Shown: piece by piece, positions 10,016 to 19,286 of the stretch
How positions within the stretch are numbered: position 1 is the stretch's first letter
Layout: the number at the start of each line of letters is the position of its first letter
Source of the DNA: an uncultured Gammaproteobacteria bacterium
GTDB taxonomy: Bacteria > Pseudomonadota > Gammaproteobacteria > CAWCPV01
Direction of reading: 5' to 3'
NCBI GenBank assembly: GCA_963797555.1
Contig: CAWCPV010000004.1
Span: 96,001 to 160,000, forward strand
DNA length: 64,000 nt
Notes under the pieces: generated by a model
What the model saw: only the letters and a program-made list of their open reading frames with translations
Told to the model about the DNA's origin: nothing
The model's database searches: none
Translations under genes and position numbers: made by a program

Positions 10016-11484
10016 CGAGCCTCCTCCTGATGCTCGGCCTGCCCCTCGCGGGTACGCTGGCACTCGCCGCGCTCGGGGGTTACCGCCGGCTCGGCGGGCT
10101 CGTCAACGTCGGCTTCTCCATCGCGACTTTCGCGGCTTCGCTGGGGCTTGCAGCGCAAGTTCTGCGGCATGGACCGCTGCTGTCCCAGGGCAAGTTCCTG
10201 TACATCGACACGTTCAATGTCTACCTGGTGGCGCTGACCGCGTTCGTGGGGATGACGACCGGGATCTTCTCGCGCCGTTACATGGAACATGAGGTGGATC
10301 GCGGGCGCGTGACCCCGCGACGCATGCAGCTCTATCACGCGATGTATCAGGCGTTCATGTTCGCCATGCTGTCGGCGCTCTCCACGAACAACCTGGGAAT
10401 CCTGTGGGTGGCGATGGAGGGAGCCACCCTCGCCACGGCCTTGCTGGTCAGCCTGTACCGTACCCCCGAGTCGGTAGAGGCCGCGTGGAAATACTTCGTA
10501 CTGTGTGGCGTGGGCATCGCACAGGCCCTGTTCGGCACGGTGTTGGTGTTCTTCGCGGCGGAGCGGGTGGCGAGCCTCCCACGGAACGACGCACTCTCCT
10601 GGAGCATCCTGCATAGCCACGCCGGCGAGCTGGACCCCACCATCATGGCCCTGGCCTTCGTCTTCCTTCTCGTCGGCTACGGCACCAAGGTGGGGCTCGT
10701 CCCGCTGCACAACTGGCTGCCGGACGCCCACTCGGAAGGCCCGACTCCCATGTCGGCGATCCTCTCGGGCTTGCTCCTCAACGTGGCGCTATACGCCGTG
10801 GTGCGCCTCAAGATGCTGGTCGACCCGGCCCTCAACGGACCCCTCGCCGGGCACCTGATGATGGGCTTTGGGCTGCTGTCCTTTCTGGTGGCCGCCCTGT
10901 TTCTGCACCGCCAGCGCGACGTCAAGCGCATGTTCAGCTACTCCTCCATAGAACACATGGGGCTCATGACCTTCGGGTTCGGCGTCGGCGGTCCGCTGGC
11001 CACCTTCGGCGCCCTCCTTCACATGACCGTGCACTCGCTCACCAAGTCAGCCATCTTCGTGACCGTTGGCCACGCAGCCCAGGTGGCCAAGACACAGGCG
11101 ATCGACCGCATCCGCGGCCTCATCCGCACCCAGCCTGCGGTGGGTTGGGGCCTGCTCGTCGGCGCGGCGGCCATCGCCGGTTTTCCGCCCTTCGGAGTGT
11201 TCACCAGCGAGTTCCTCTTGCTCACCGCCACGATGCGGAGCTGGCCTTGGCTGACCCTGCCATTGCTCGTCGGGCTCGGCATCGCCTTCGCCGGGCTGTT
11301 CCGACACATCCATCCGATGGTCTACGGAGAGCCGCCCGACCAGCAACGCGCCCTGCCCGCGAACATGCTCCCGGTCGCCCTGCACCTGTTCCTGGTCCTT
11401 TGGCTAGGTCTGTCCATTCCCGGTTTCCTCGGTCGATGGTTCGACCATGCCACCTTCCTGATCTCCGGGACGTCCCTGCTGTGA
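10012..11484 (+). CDS. hyfF: Hydrogenase-4 component F-like antiporter subunit
   Basis: GTGA overlap with the hyfE stop. WVAMEGATLAT, EAAWKY, KVGLVPLHNWLPDAHSEGP and YSSIEHMG motifs. Confidence 0.92.
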   Translation: MTSLLLMLGLPLAGTLALAALGGYRRLGGLVNVGFSIATFAASLGLAAQVLRHGPLLSQGKFLYIDTFNVYLVALTAFVGMTTGIFSRRYMEHEVDRGRVTPRRMQLYHAMYQAFMFAMLSALSTNNLGILWVAMEGATLATALLVSLYRTPESVEAAWKYFVLCGVGIAQALFGTVLVFFAAERVASLPRNDALSWSILHSHAGELDPTIMALAFVFLLVGYGTKVGLVPLHNWLPDAHSEGPTPMSAILSGLLLNVALYAVVRLKMLVDPALNGPLAGHLMMGFGLLSFLVAALFLHRQRDVKRMFSYSSIEHMGLMTFGFGVGGPLATFGALLHMTVHSLTKSAIFVTVGHAAQVAKTQAIDRIRGLIRTQPAVGWGLLVGAAAIAGFPPFGVFTSEFLLLTATMRSWPWLTLPLLVGLGIAFAGLFRHIHPMVYGEPPDQQRALPANMLPVALHLFLVLWLGLSIPGFLGRWFDHATFLISGTSLL

Positions 11485-11551
11485 CGGCCTCCTGCCTGCC
11501 AGCCGCACCGCTCCAGCGTGCTACCTGCTCAGGCCCCTGCGGAGAGCGGCG

Positions 11552-13141
11552 GTGACCCAGCGCTTCGCCTGGCTCCCGGCCTACCTGGCCCGGCTGCAGC
11601 GGGAGAGCATCCTGGTGCATGAGCCGGCCGCCCAGACATTGCGCCCGGCTCGGCTGCTCATGACCGACGTGGAGGACTGGGGCCGGGCGGCCAAGCAGGC
11701 CGCGGCAGAAGGTCTACGCTGGTGCGCGGTGTGGGGCGAGGACGCCGCAGAGGCCCTGGTGGTCACCGCCTGCCTGGAGAAACAAGGCGACTACCTGCTG
11801 CTGCGCGTGGGCCTCGACCGAGCGACACCGGTCCTCCCATCGCACACACCGGCCTATGCGGCGGCAGACCGGCCGGAACGCCATGTGCAGGATATGCTGG
11901 GGGTGGTCTTCGCGGACCATCCCGATGGCCGCCGCTGGACACGGCATCGCGCCTGGCAAGAAGGTGAGTATCCGCTGCGTCGCAGCTTCCCGGCGGACAG
12001 GCTTCCCGCCCACCCATCCCCGCCCGACGCCGACTACCCCTTCCTCCGGGCGGAGGGCAGTGGCGTGTACGAGATCCCGGTGGGACCTGTCCACGCCGGG
12101 ATCATCGAGCCAGGACACTTCCGCTTCCAGGCGGTAGGAGAGACTGTGCTCAACTTGGAGGAGCGGCTCGGTTACGTGCACAAGGGCATCGAGAAGCGCG
12201 CCGAGGGCCGGGACCCCGACGGGCTCGCAAAGCTTGCCGGGCGCGTCTCCGGGGACTCCACGGTAGCCCACGCCTGGGCGGCCTGCATGGCCATGGAGCG
12301 CGCAGCAGGGATCGAGGTGCCCCGGCGGGGTCTGTTCCTCCGAGCTATCCTCGCGGAACGCGAGCGGATCTGCAATCATCTCTGGGACATGGCTGCCATC
12401 TGCAACGATGTCGCCTTTGCCTTCGTGTACTACCAGCTCGGTCGGCTGCGGGAGCTGTGGCTGCGGGAGAATGCCCGCACCTTTGGTCACCGGCTGCTCA
12501 TGGACCGCGTCGTACCTGGGGGCGCCGCCGTGGAGCTGGACGCCGACGCCGCGCGCCGGCTACGCGAGCAGTCCGCAGCCCTCGCCCGGGAAATCGACTC
12601 TCTGCTCGCCATCATGGAGGACAACGCTTCTCTCCAGGATCGCCTGGTCTCCACCGGCGTCCTGTCCCCGGAACTCGCGGCGAGGTTCGGAGCGCTGGGA
12701 TACGTGGCACGCGCCAGCGGCCAGGACTTCGACCTGAGGCGCGATAACGCTTACCCGCCATACGACCGCCTCGACATCTCGGTGCCGGTGTACGGCAACG
12801 GTGACGTTGCGGCACGTGTCCAGGTTCGCGCGGCGGAGGCCAAGGTCGCCGCAGGATTGATCGTTCGACTGTTGAGCGACCTGCCCCAAGGTCCGGTGCG
12901 TGCCGCGTGGCAGACACCCGTAGAGGACGCCGAAGGGCTGGGAGCCGCGGAGGGGTGGCGCGGCGAGATCCTCGCCTACATCCGTTTTGCGGACAGCAGC
13001 CGCATCGCCCGCTACTTCCCCCGCGACCCGAGCTGGCTGAATTGGCCGGCGCTGGAGCACCTGATCCGGGACAACGTCGTGCCGGACTTCCCGGTGTGCA
13101 ACAAGTCCGTCAACGGCTCGTACTCCGGCCATGACCTGTAA
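11552..13141 (+). CDS. HyfG/NuoCD-like large subunit lacking NiFe-binding Cys motifs (Ehr-type)
   Basis: EIPVGPVHAGIIEPGHFRF and LGYVHKGIEK are present. L1 reads GRVSGDSTVAH (not RxCGxC) and the C-terminus reads DFPVCNKSVNGSYSGHDL (not DPCxxC). Confidence 0.9.
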   Translation: MTQRFAWLPAYLARLQRESILVHEPAAQTLRPARLLMTDVEDWGRAAKQAAAEGLRWCAVWGEDAAEALVVTACLEKQGDYLLLRVGLDRATPVLPSHTPAYAAADRPERHVQDMLGVVFADHPDGRRWTRHRAWQEGEYPLRRSFPADRLPAHPSPPDADYPFLRAEGSGVYEIPVGPVHAGIIEPGHFRFQAVGETVLNLEERLGYVHKGIEKRAEGRDPDGLAKLAGRVSGDSTVAHAWAACMAMERAAGIEVPRRGLFLRAILAERERICNHLWDMAAICNDVAFAFVYYQLGRLRELWLRENARTFGHRLLMDRVVPGGAAVELDADAARRLREQSAALAREIDSLLAIMEDNASLQDRLVSTGVLSPELAARFGALGYVARASGQDFDLRRDNAYPPYDRLDISVPVYGNGDVAARVQVRAAEAKVAAGLIVRLLSDLPQGPVRAAWQTPVEDAEGLGAAEGWRGEILAYIRFADSSRIARYFPRDPSWLNWPALEHLIRDNVVPDFPVCNKSVNGSYSGHDL

Positions 13142-13202
13142 ACTCCGGCTGGTCCCTCGTTTCTTTCCCCTCAGGGGGACGGCAGGCGGGAGGTAACAAG
13201 CC

Positions 13203-13733
13203 ATCCTCCGCATCCTCGGTAGGATCTTACGACTCGGTATCGTCACCGAGCGGCTGTCACCGTCCGGCGAGCCCGCACTCCTGGAAGTGGGCGAGCGGAT
13301 CCGGGCGGCGGTCGGACGGCGTTTCGGAGGGAGCCTCGCTATACGCCACGTGGACGCCGGCTCCTGCAACGGATGCGAGCTGGAGATCCACGGTCTCAAC
13401 AACCCCTTCTACAACGTCGAGCGCTTCGGCATTCACTTCGTGGCCTCACCCCGCCATGCCGACATGCTGCTAGTGACCGGCCCGGTGTCGCGCCACATGG
13501 AGGCGGCCCTGCGCCGCACCTACGAGGCGACCCCGGACCCTAAGCTGGTGATCGCCGTTGGCGACTGCGGGGCTGACGGCGGCGAGTTCGGCGTCTCCTA
13601 TGCGAGCTGTGGCGGCGTCCGCAACGTTATCCCCGTGGACGGCGTGATCCGCGGTTGCCCGCCGACGCCGCTCGGGCTGCTGCGGGGAATCCTGGCCGCT
13701 ATCGAGGGCCAACTCGGGGAACCGCCAAGCTAG
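13203..13733 (+). CDS. HyfI/NuoB-like Fe-S small subunit
   Basis: HVDAGSCNGCELE, ASPRHAD, VGDCG and GCPP motifs. A GGAGGT SD lies 8 nt before ATC 13203; the next standard start is GTG 13287. Confidence 0.88.
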   Translation: MLRILGRILRLGIVTERLSPSGEPALLEVGERIRAAVGRRFGGSLAIRHVDAGSCNGCELEIHGLNNPFYNVERFGIHFVASPRHADMLLVTGPVSRHMEAALRRTYEATPDPKLVIAVGDCGADGGEFGVSYASCGGVRNVIPVDGVIRGCPPTPLGLLRGILAAIEGQLGEPPS

Positions 13734-13829
13734 CCTGGAACACTCGACCGGCAACTACTTAGAGCCCGCGGACTACCAGCCGACCTGCCCAGCCGAGAGG
13801 GAAGCTTCGAACCTCCGGAACCGGCCCGC

Positions 13830-14990
13830 CTACTGCAGTTCCCCGACCAACAGCCGTGTCTCGATCCGCTGAAGACAGCTCGACACCAGGCACGAATCGT
13901 CACTGAGACCCTCGATCAGGCTCTCCAGACTCTTCGGGTCCGAGTGCGCCTGAATCGCGGCGAAGATATCCCCGCAAGTCTCGTGCATCCGCCGGTGGGG
14001 CTGCTCCAGGGCATCGAAATCCTGGTCTCCCCGAAACGTCCGCCCCGCTCCGTAGTACCATCGCCCCAGCGGACATTCGTCGTGGGCCATGTGCAATCCC
14101 GGCGGCGCCGGCCCGGGGTTCTCCCGACTGCGGAGAAAGGCGAACACCTCGTCCATCAGCAGCTTGTGCTGCCAGCTGTGGCCGAGCTGCGCCATGCGCA
14201 GCATGCCGACTGGGCTGGAAGGCCAGCGCCGGTCCGAGCGCAAGAAACACAGATAATCGTCGAGGGGCAACGGGCGGCTGATCCAATAGCCCTGGCCTTC
14301 CGTACAACCGCAGTGGAGCAACGAGTGGTACACGCCCTCCGACTCGATCCCTTCGATGACGGTCTTGATGCCCAGCATCTGCGCCATGGCGACGCTGGCC
14401 TTCACCAAGGTCGCACTCTTGGGTGAACGCAACATCTTCAGGACGAAGCTCTGGTCCAGCTTGATGGCGGAGAATGGCAGCCGATTCAGAGTGTCGAGGG
14501 AGGAGAAGCCGGTGCCATAGTCGTCCATGGATAGCTGAATGCCGGCGGTGCGCAGGGCCGCGACGCTGCACATGGCGGAATCGGTGCCCGCCACGACCGC
14601 GCTCTCGGTGATCTCGATCTCCAGGTGAGCGCCGTCGATCTCCCCACGCCGGACGGCCTCCTCCACCAGGGTACGCAGTTTGGGGGTATCCAGGTCCTGA
14701 GCGCAGATATTGAGGGCGACCACGCTGTCCGCGCACTGTGCGCGGACGCGCTGGAAATCCTCGACCAGCCGCGGAAACATGCCCTGGGTGATGCGCGGTA
14801 CCAGGCCGTGAGCCCCGGCCGATGGGATGAACTCCTCCGGAGCAACCAGCTTGCCGTTGCTGCGCTGCCAGCGGATGAGGGCCTCCGCTCCACTTACCCG
14901 TCCGGTCAGGAACGCAACCTTCGGCTGGTAATGGAAGACAAGCTCTCCTCGTTCGATGGCGCGGTCGATATCGGCGGGCGCCATGATCAT
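13830..14990 (-). CDS. EAL c-di-GMP phosphodiesterase with C-terminal CZB (chemoreceptor zinc-binding) domain
   Basis: EAL motifs: YQP..GAEALIRW, EITES, DDYGTGFSSL, KLDQSF, EGIE, GQGY. CZB motifs: GHSW, HDECPLGRWYY, PHRRMH. Confidence 0.88.
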   Translation of the reverse strand: MIMAPADIDRAIERGELVFHYQPKVAFLTGRVSGAEALIRWQRSNGKLVAPEEFIPSAGAHGLVPRITQGMFPRLVEDFQRVRAQCADSVVALNICAQDLDTPKLRTLVEEAVRRGEIDGAHLEIEITESAVVAGTDSAMCSVAALRTAGIQLSMDDYGTGFSSLDTLNRLPFSAIKLDQSFVLKMLRSPKSATLVKASVAMAQMLGIKTVIEGIESEGVYHSLLHCGCTEGQGYWISRPLPLDDYLCFLRSDRRWPSSPVGMLRMAQLGHSWQHKLLMDEVFAFLRSRENPGPAPPGLHMAHDECPLGRWYYGAGRTFRGDQDFDALEQPHRRMHETCGDIFAAIQAHSDPKSLESLIEGLSDDSCLVSSCLQRIETRLLVGELQ

Positions 14991-15195
14991 GGCGAGCGGC
15001 CTCCGAGCAGCAGCGCGACCGTGCCGCCATTCGCGTCTCCGCTCTGCCTCGACTGCCTCATCGCTTCCTGTGGCGGTCGCCTGCGCATGTGGACAGTGTA
15101 GCCGAAAGCCGCAACACAGAGGTGGGCACCTCGCGTCGATCGACGCCTTGAACTCGGGCCGCTCGCGACGATTTCTTCGCAAATTCCGGGGCAAC

Positions 15196-16041
15196 TCAGG
15201 GCGGCAAACTCCTCTCGAGAAACCCACGCAGGCCCTCGGTGTAGCTGGTACCGCTGACCAGAAACCCGTCGTTGTGTCCGCCGCGGATGCGCAGCAACTC
15301 CTTGGGCTCCCGGGCGCGCGAGAACAGCTGAAGGCCATAGCTGAAAGGGACGATCTCGTCCTCGGGGCTGTGAACGATCAGCACAGGACAGGAAACCCCT
15401 CGCAGGTGCTTCTCGGTGGAGTACCGGAAGCGGGAGAGCCATCGCGCCGGCAGGAATGGATAAAGCTGCGCGGCCAAGTCCGGCACGGAGGTGAACGTGG
15501 ACTCCAGGACGAGGGCGCCCGGCCGGTGCCGGTTGGCGAGCGCCGCGGCTACGGCGCCGCCCAGCGAGCGCCCGAATACCACTATCCGGCGCGGGGCAAC
15601 CCCGTGCTTGCGCGTCAGATGTTCCCACGCGGCTTCCGCGTCCCGGTATGTACCCTGCTCCGAGGGTGTCCCCTCGCTCTCGCCGTAGCCCCGGTAGTCG
15701 AAGATGAAGGTGTTCAGGCCGAGCTGGTGTAGGATGCGCAGGGAGTCCACACGGTGCGAGATGTTGCCCGCGTTTCCGTGAAGGAACAGGACCGTCGCCC
15801 GTGCCGTCTCCACGGGCACCCACCAGCCGCGGAGCCGCGGACCGTCCGACGCGCGGATCACCTCCGCGACATAGGCCAGGCCGGCATCGGCTGGCGTTGC
15901 CTCGGTGCGGCAAGAGGGGACGTTGGGGAGATAGAGCAGGTGGGCCTGCCCAAGGTACACCGCCAGCAGCAGCACGCCATAGCCTGCAGCCATGACCAGC
16001 ACGATGGAGAGCACTGCGCCCATGGGAGTCCGTGCGCCCAC
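15196..16041 (-). CDS. Alpha/beta hydrolase (Bem46/ABHD13-like) with N-terminal TM anchor
   Basis: FLHGNAGN, DYRGYG, GRSLGG nucleophile elbow, DEIVP and GGHND. Confidence 0.9.
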   Translation of the reverse strand: MGARTPMGAVLSIVLVMAAGYGVLLLAVYLGQAHLLYLPNVPSCRTEATPADAGLAYVAEVIRASDGPRLRGWWVPVETARATVLFLHGNAGNISHRVDSLRILHQLGLNTFIFDYRGYGESEGTPSEQGTYRDAEAAWEHLTRKHGVAPRRIVVFGRSLGGAVAAALANRHRPGALVLESTFTSVPDLAAQLYPFLPARWLSRFRYSTEKHLRGVSCPVLIVHSPEDEIVPFSYGLQLFSRAREPKELLRIRGGHNDGFLVSGTSYTEGLRGFLERSLPP

Positions 16042-16103
16042 GACCTTCAGAGCCGCCCGCGCTGCGTTCTCGAACTCAATGCCGACACGCCCGGCCTCAG
16101 CGG

Positions 16104-16811
16104 CTACCTGCTCGTTGACGCGTCGTTGGCATCCTCCGCGGGGGTCACCGGCTGAATGAGGTCGACCCCATCGTTGGAGGCCCTATTGACCCCGAACCCC
16201 ACCGGAAACGCCTCCAGCCTCTCCGCCGGATAAGGCCTGAGCAGCCTCTGTACGCGAGGGGGGTTCTCGACGGCAGGATCCAGCCACAGCGAGTAATCTT
16301 CCGGGCGCACGATGACCGGCATGCGCTCGTGAATGATCTCCACCCCCTTGCTCGCCTGCGTCACGACGATGGCGCAGGACTCGATGACGTCACCTTCGAT
16401 CCCTTGCCACCGTTCCCACAGCCCCGCGAAGGCGAACGGCCTACCGCCCTTCACGCGGATGAAGTAGGGCTGTTTATGCCGCATTCCCGCTCTCCACTCG
16501 TAAAAACCGTCTGCAGCGATCAGGCAGCGGCGCCGCCGCAACGCGGAGCGGAACGCCGGCTTGACGGCAACGGTCTCGGCCCGTGCGTTGATCATCCGGT
16601 GCCCTTTCTTGGGGTCCTTTGCCCAGGGCGGCACCAGTCCCCACGTCAACACCACCAACTCCCGCCCGCCGCCTGGGTCCGCTCGGCACGCAAGCACCGG
16701 ACTGGACGGAGCCACGTTGTAACGCGGCGCCAGATCCGGCATCCCGGTGCGTGCACCGAACAGGCGGGCGAACTCGCGGACTGGAGTAAAATTGGCATAG
16801 CGGCCGCACAT
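16104..16811 (-). CDS. SOS response-associated peptidase (SRAP/YedK family)
   Basis: N-terminal MCGRY, RYNVAP, WGLVP, INARAET, DGFYEW and IHERMP. Confidence 0.93.
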   Translation of the reverse strand: MCGRYANFTPVREFARLFGARTGMPDLAPRYNVAPSSPVLACRADPGGGRELVVLTWGLVPPWAKDPKKGHRMINARAETVAVKPAFRSALRRRRCLIAADGFYEWRAGMRHKQPYFIRVKGGRPFAFAGLWERWQGIEGDVIESCAIVVTQASKGVEIIHERMPVIVRPEDYSLWLDPAVENPPRVQRLLRPYPAERLEAFPVGFGVNRASNDGVDLIQPVTPAEDANDASTSR

Positions 16812-16990
16812 CCGAACAGGATAGCGGACGCACACCCCGTCGAGACAGGGGTACCGGACCCGGCAGCAGGTGAGACACGGCGCGGCGCTGGGGATGCTGC
16901 CGGGAGGAGAGGGGGCATAGACACCGAGTCGGGTGCGACGGCGAGCACCACCGCCGAGCCTCACACGTACCGGCCGCGCCGGGAGCCATT

Positions 16991-17500
16991 ATGACCAAGC
17001 GACTGTATTTCCTCCTGCCGGACGTGGATAGCTGCAAGGCGGTGGTGGGGGGTTTGCTGCAGCGCGGGGTGAAGCAGCGTCACATCCACGCCGTCGCCAA
17101 CCGCTTCACCCCGCTGGAGGGGCTCCCGCACGCCTCACTGCTTCAGACCAGCGAGTTCGGCCGCGGTATCGATCTGGGCCTGGGGCTCGGGGGCATCGCG
17201 GGCCTGCTGGGCGGGCTGATAGCGGTCACGTTCCCTCCGGCTGGACTCGTGCTTGGCGGCGGCGCGCTGCTCGTGGCGGCCGCCGGAGGAGCCGGAGCGG
17301 GCGCCCTGGTATCCGCGATGGTGGCGTCGGATATACCCAATCACAAGCTGAAAACATTCGACGACGCCATTTCCGCAGGGCAGGTGCTGCTGCTGGTGGA
17401 CATCCCGAGGGGGCAGGTGGATGCGACCGTGCAGTTGATCCAGCAGCGCCATCCGGAGGTGGAGATCGGCGTGTCCGAGCCACGAGGCAACCCTTCCTGA
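16991..17500 (+). CDS. Glycine-zipper membrane protein (DUF1269-like)
   Basis: MTKRLYFLLPD...GLGLGGIAGLLGG...GQVLLLVD; GGAG SD. Confidence 0.7.
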   Translation: MTKRLYFLLPDVDSCKAVVGGLLQRGVKQRHIHAVANRFTPLEGLPHASLLQTSEFGRGIDLGLGLGGIAGLLGGLIAVTFPPAGLVLGGGALLVAAAGGAGAGALVSAMVASDIPNHKLKTFDDAISAGQVLLLVDIPRGQVDATVQLIQQRHPEVEIGVSEPRGNPS

Positions 17501-17585
17501 CGGCCCTTCGGCCGCGGTTGGAGATGTTCTCCATGTCGCCTCGCAACGCATCGCTCGCTCCGGCGTCCGGGCGGCGTACACGTGC

Positions 17586-18149
17586 TCAATAACGGACTAT
17601 CGTCACCTGTCGATCCGGCCCGCGGATGACGTCTCCGAGGTGCACGGGGTAAACCCCCGCTCGACGGTCCTGGAAGTAGAGCTCGAGGGTTTCTCTCACG
17701 ACGGGGAAGGCCAGTTGCGCCCACGGGATGTCCTCCTCGTCGAACAGCGCCACCTCGAGGCTTTCGTCTCCGGGACTGGCCTTACCCTCGCGAAGCCGTC
17801 CCCGGAACATCAGGTATACCTGGCTCACGTGGGGAATGTTGAAGAGCCCGTAGAGAGTCAGGTCCTCCACTCGGGCATTGGCCTCTTCGAGGGCCTCCCG
17901 CGCAGCCGCCTGCGCCGTAGTCTCGCGGTTCTCCATGAAGCCCGCCGGCAGGGTCCAGAGACCATAACGCGGCTCGATGGACCGACGGCAGAGCAAGATC
18001 CGTTCCCCCCACTCCGGGATGCACCCTGCGACGATCTTGGGGTTCTCGTAATGGACCGCACCGCAAGCATCGCATACATACCGTGGCAGCGTGTCCCCCG
18101 GTGGAATGCGCGAAGCGACCCGTGCCCCGCACCGGCTGCAAAAGTTCAC
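17586..18149 (-). CDS. NUDIX hydrolase with N-terminal zinc ribbon
   Basis: FCSRCG...CDACG, YENPK and a Nudix box (AGFMENRETTAQAAAREALEEA). Confidence 0.92.
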   Translation of the reverse strand: MNFCSRCGARVASRIPPGDTLPRYVCDACGAVHYENPKIVAGCIPEWGERILLCRRSIEPRYGLWTLPAGFMENRETTAQAAAREALEEANARVEDLTLYGLFNIPHVSQVYLMFRGRLREGKASPGDESLEVALFDEEDIPWAQLAFPVVRETLELYFQDRRAGVYPVHLGDVIRGPDRQVTIVRY

Positions 18150-18304
18150 TGGCCCCTCTGCGCTCGTGCAATGTCAGTCGAACATATCAGAAAGCGCGGG
18201 AAACCGTTAAGGACACTCGCGAGGTTCACCCTCTCGCGCGGTTACGGACGCGTGGTGCGCCCCTCGGCAGATCTCGATGGTCCGCCGCCTGCCCGGCGCT
18301 CCGG

Positions 18305-19168
18305 CTAGCCCGCACTCGGCGCCCCGAGGAAGCGTCGGACGAGCCTCGCGAGCCGCGGCACCAGCATCGGCCGGGGCAGCCGCGGATTGAGCATCGCCAT
18401 GCGGCGGTCGTTCTCCCGCAGGCACAGGTCGACAAGCTCGCGCACGCGCATGTCGCCGGCGCCGAGCGACTCATGGCCCTTGACCGTGAAATTCTCCCCG
18501 CCGCCCACATTGCGGGCGGTCTTGAGCCGACCCCAGATCTGGTGCACGAACGCTGCCAGGCAGCGCAGTGTAAACAGCGGTCCGCGCCACCAGGGCAGGT
18601 TGCGCCGGTGCCAGGTTACCCAGTTTACGAAGAACAGGATGTGCCGGCACTCCTCTTGGATGACGGGCTCGAAGGTCTCCACGAGCTCTTGCGGGAAAAA
18701 GCCCGAGCGCTGGGCCATGGCGAATAGACCGAAGGCGAAGAAGCTGTCGAGGCACTCCGCGTAGCCGGTGCGCAGGAAAGCCCATTCGCCGTCCCTCGGA
18801 TAGAAGTACTCCGGCTCGGGCCGCAGCCCTATGCCGTAGAAGCGGACCATGTGCGAGAGCACTTCCTTGTGGCGCCTCTCCTCGAACGCGTCGAGCCGCA
18901 CCGCCTCGGCGAGCAACGGGTCCATGATGGTGTCGGCATAGGACTGGACGTTGATAGCGGCCTGTCCTTCGGTCGCTACGGCCATGTCCCAGATTGGCAG
19001 GCTCGTGAGTCGCGCGAGCGCATCCCCTTCGAGCTGAGGCCATGCCATGACCGCCGGCTTGTAAGGGTCGTGAGTATCGAGCAGCATCCGACAGAACGCC
19101 TGCTTATGCTCCTCGGACCCGAGCCGGAGCGCCGGCATGCTTGTCTGAGCGTCGGCGAGTTCAGCCAT
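18305..19168 (-). CDS. Ferritin-like (di-iron carboxylate) domain protein
   Basis: Two ExxH motifs (EERRH, EECRH), each preceded by a helix Glu (ATEG, YAECLDS). Confidence 0.75.
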   Translation of the reverse strand: MAELADAQTSMPALRLGSEEHKQAFCRMLLDTHDPYKPAVMAWPQLEGDALARLTSLPIWDMAVATEGQAAINVQSYADTIMDPLLAEAVRLDAFEERRHKEVLSHMVRFYGIGLRPEPEYFYPRDGEWAFLRTGYAECLDSFFAFGLFAMAQRSGFFPQELVETFEPVIQEECRHILFFVNWVTWHRRNLPWWRGPLFTLRCLAAFVHQIWGRLKTARNVGGGENFTVKGHESLGAGDMRVRELVDLCLRENDRRMAMLNPRLPRPMLVPRLARLVRRFLGAPSAG

Positions 19169-19286
19169 AAAAGGATTTCCTTTATCCGGCAGTCCCTCAA
19201 GACTGCGAATGTCTTCCGGGCCCGGCGAGAGTGCCCGCCGAGCAAAATGTGGTCGATAGTCAGCTTTGGACCATCGGCTGCGGAAA

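Noticed and set aside
11552-13141. Functional NiFe hydrogenase-4 / formate hydrogenlyase
   Set aside because: Both Ni-binding CxxC motifs are missing, and there are no maturation or formate dehydrogenase genes nearby.
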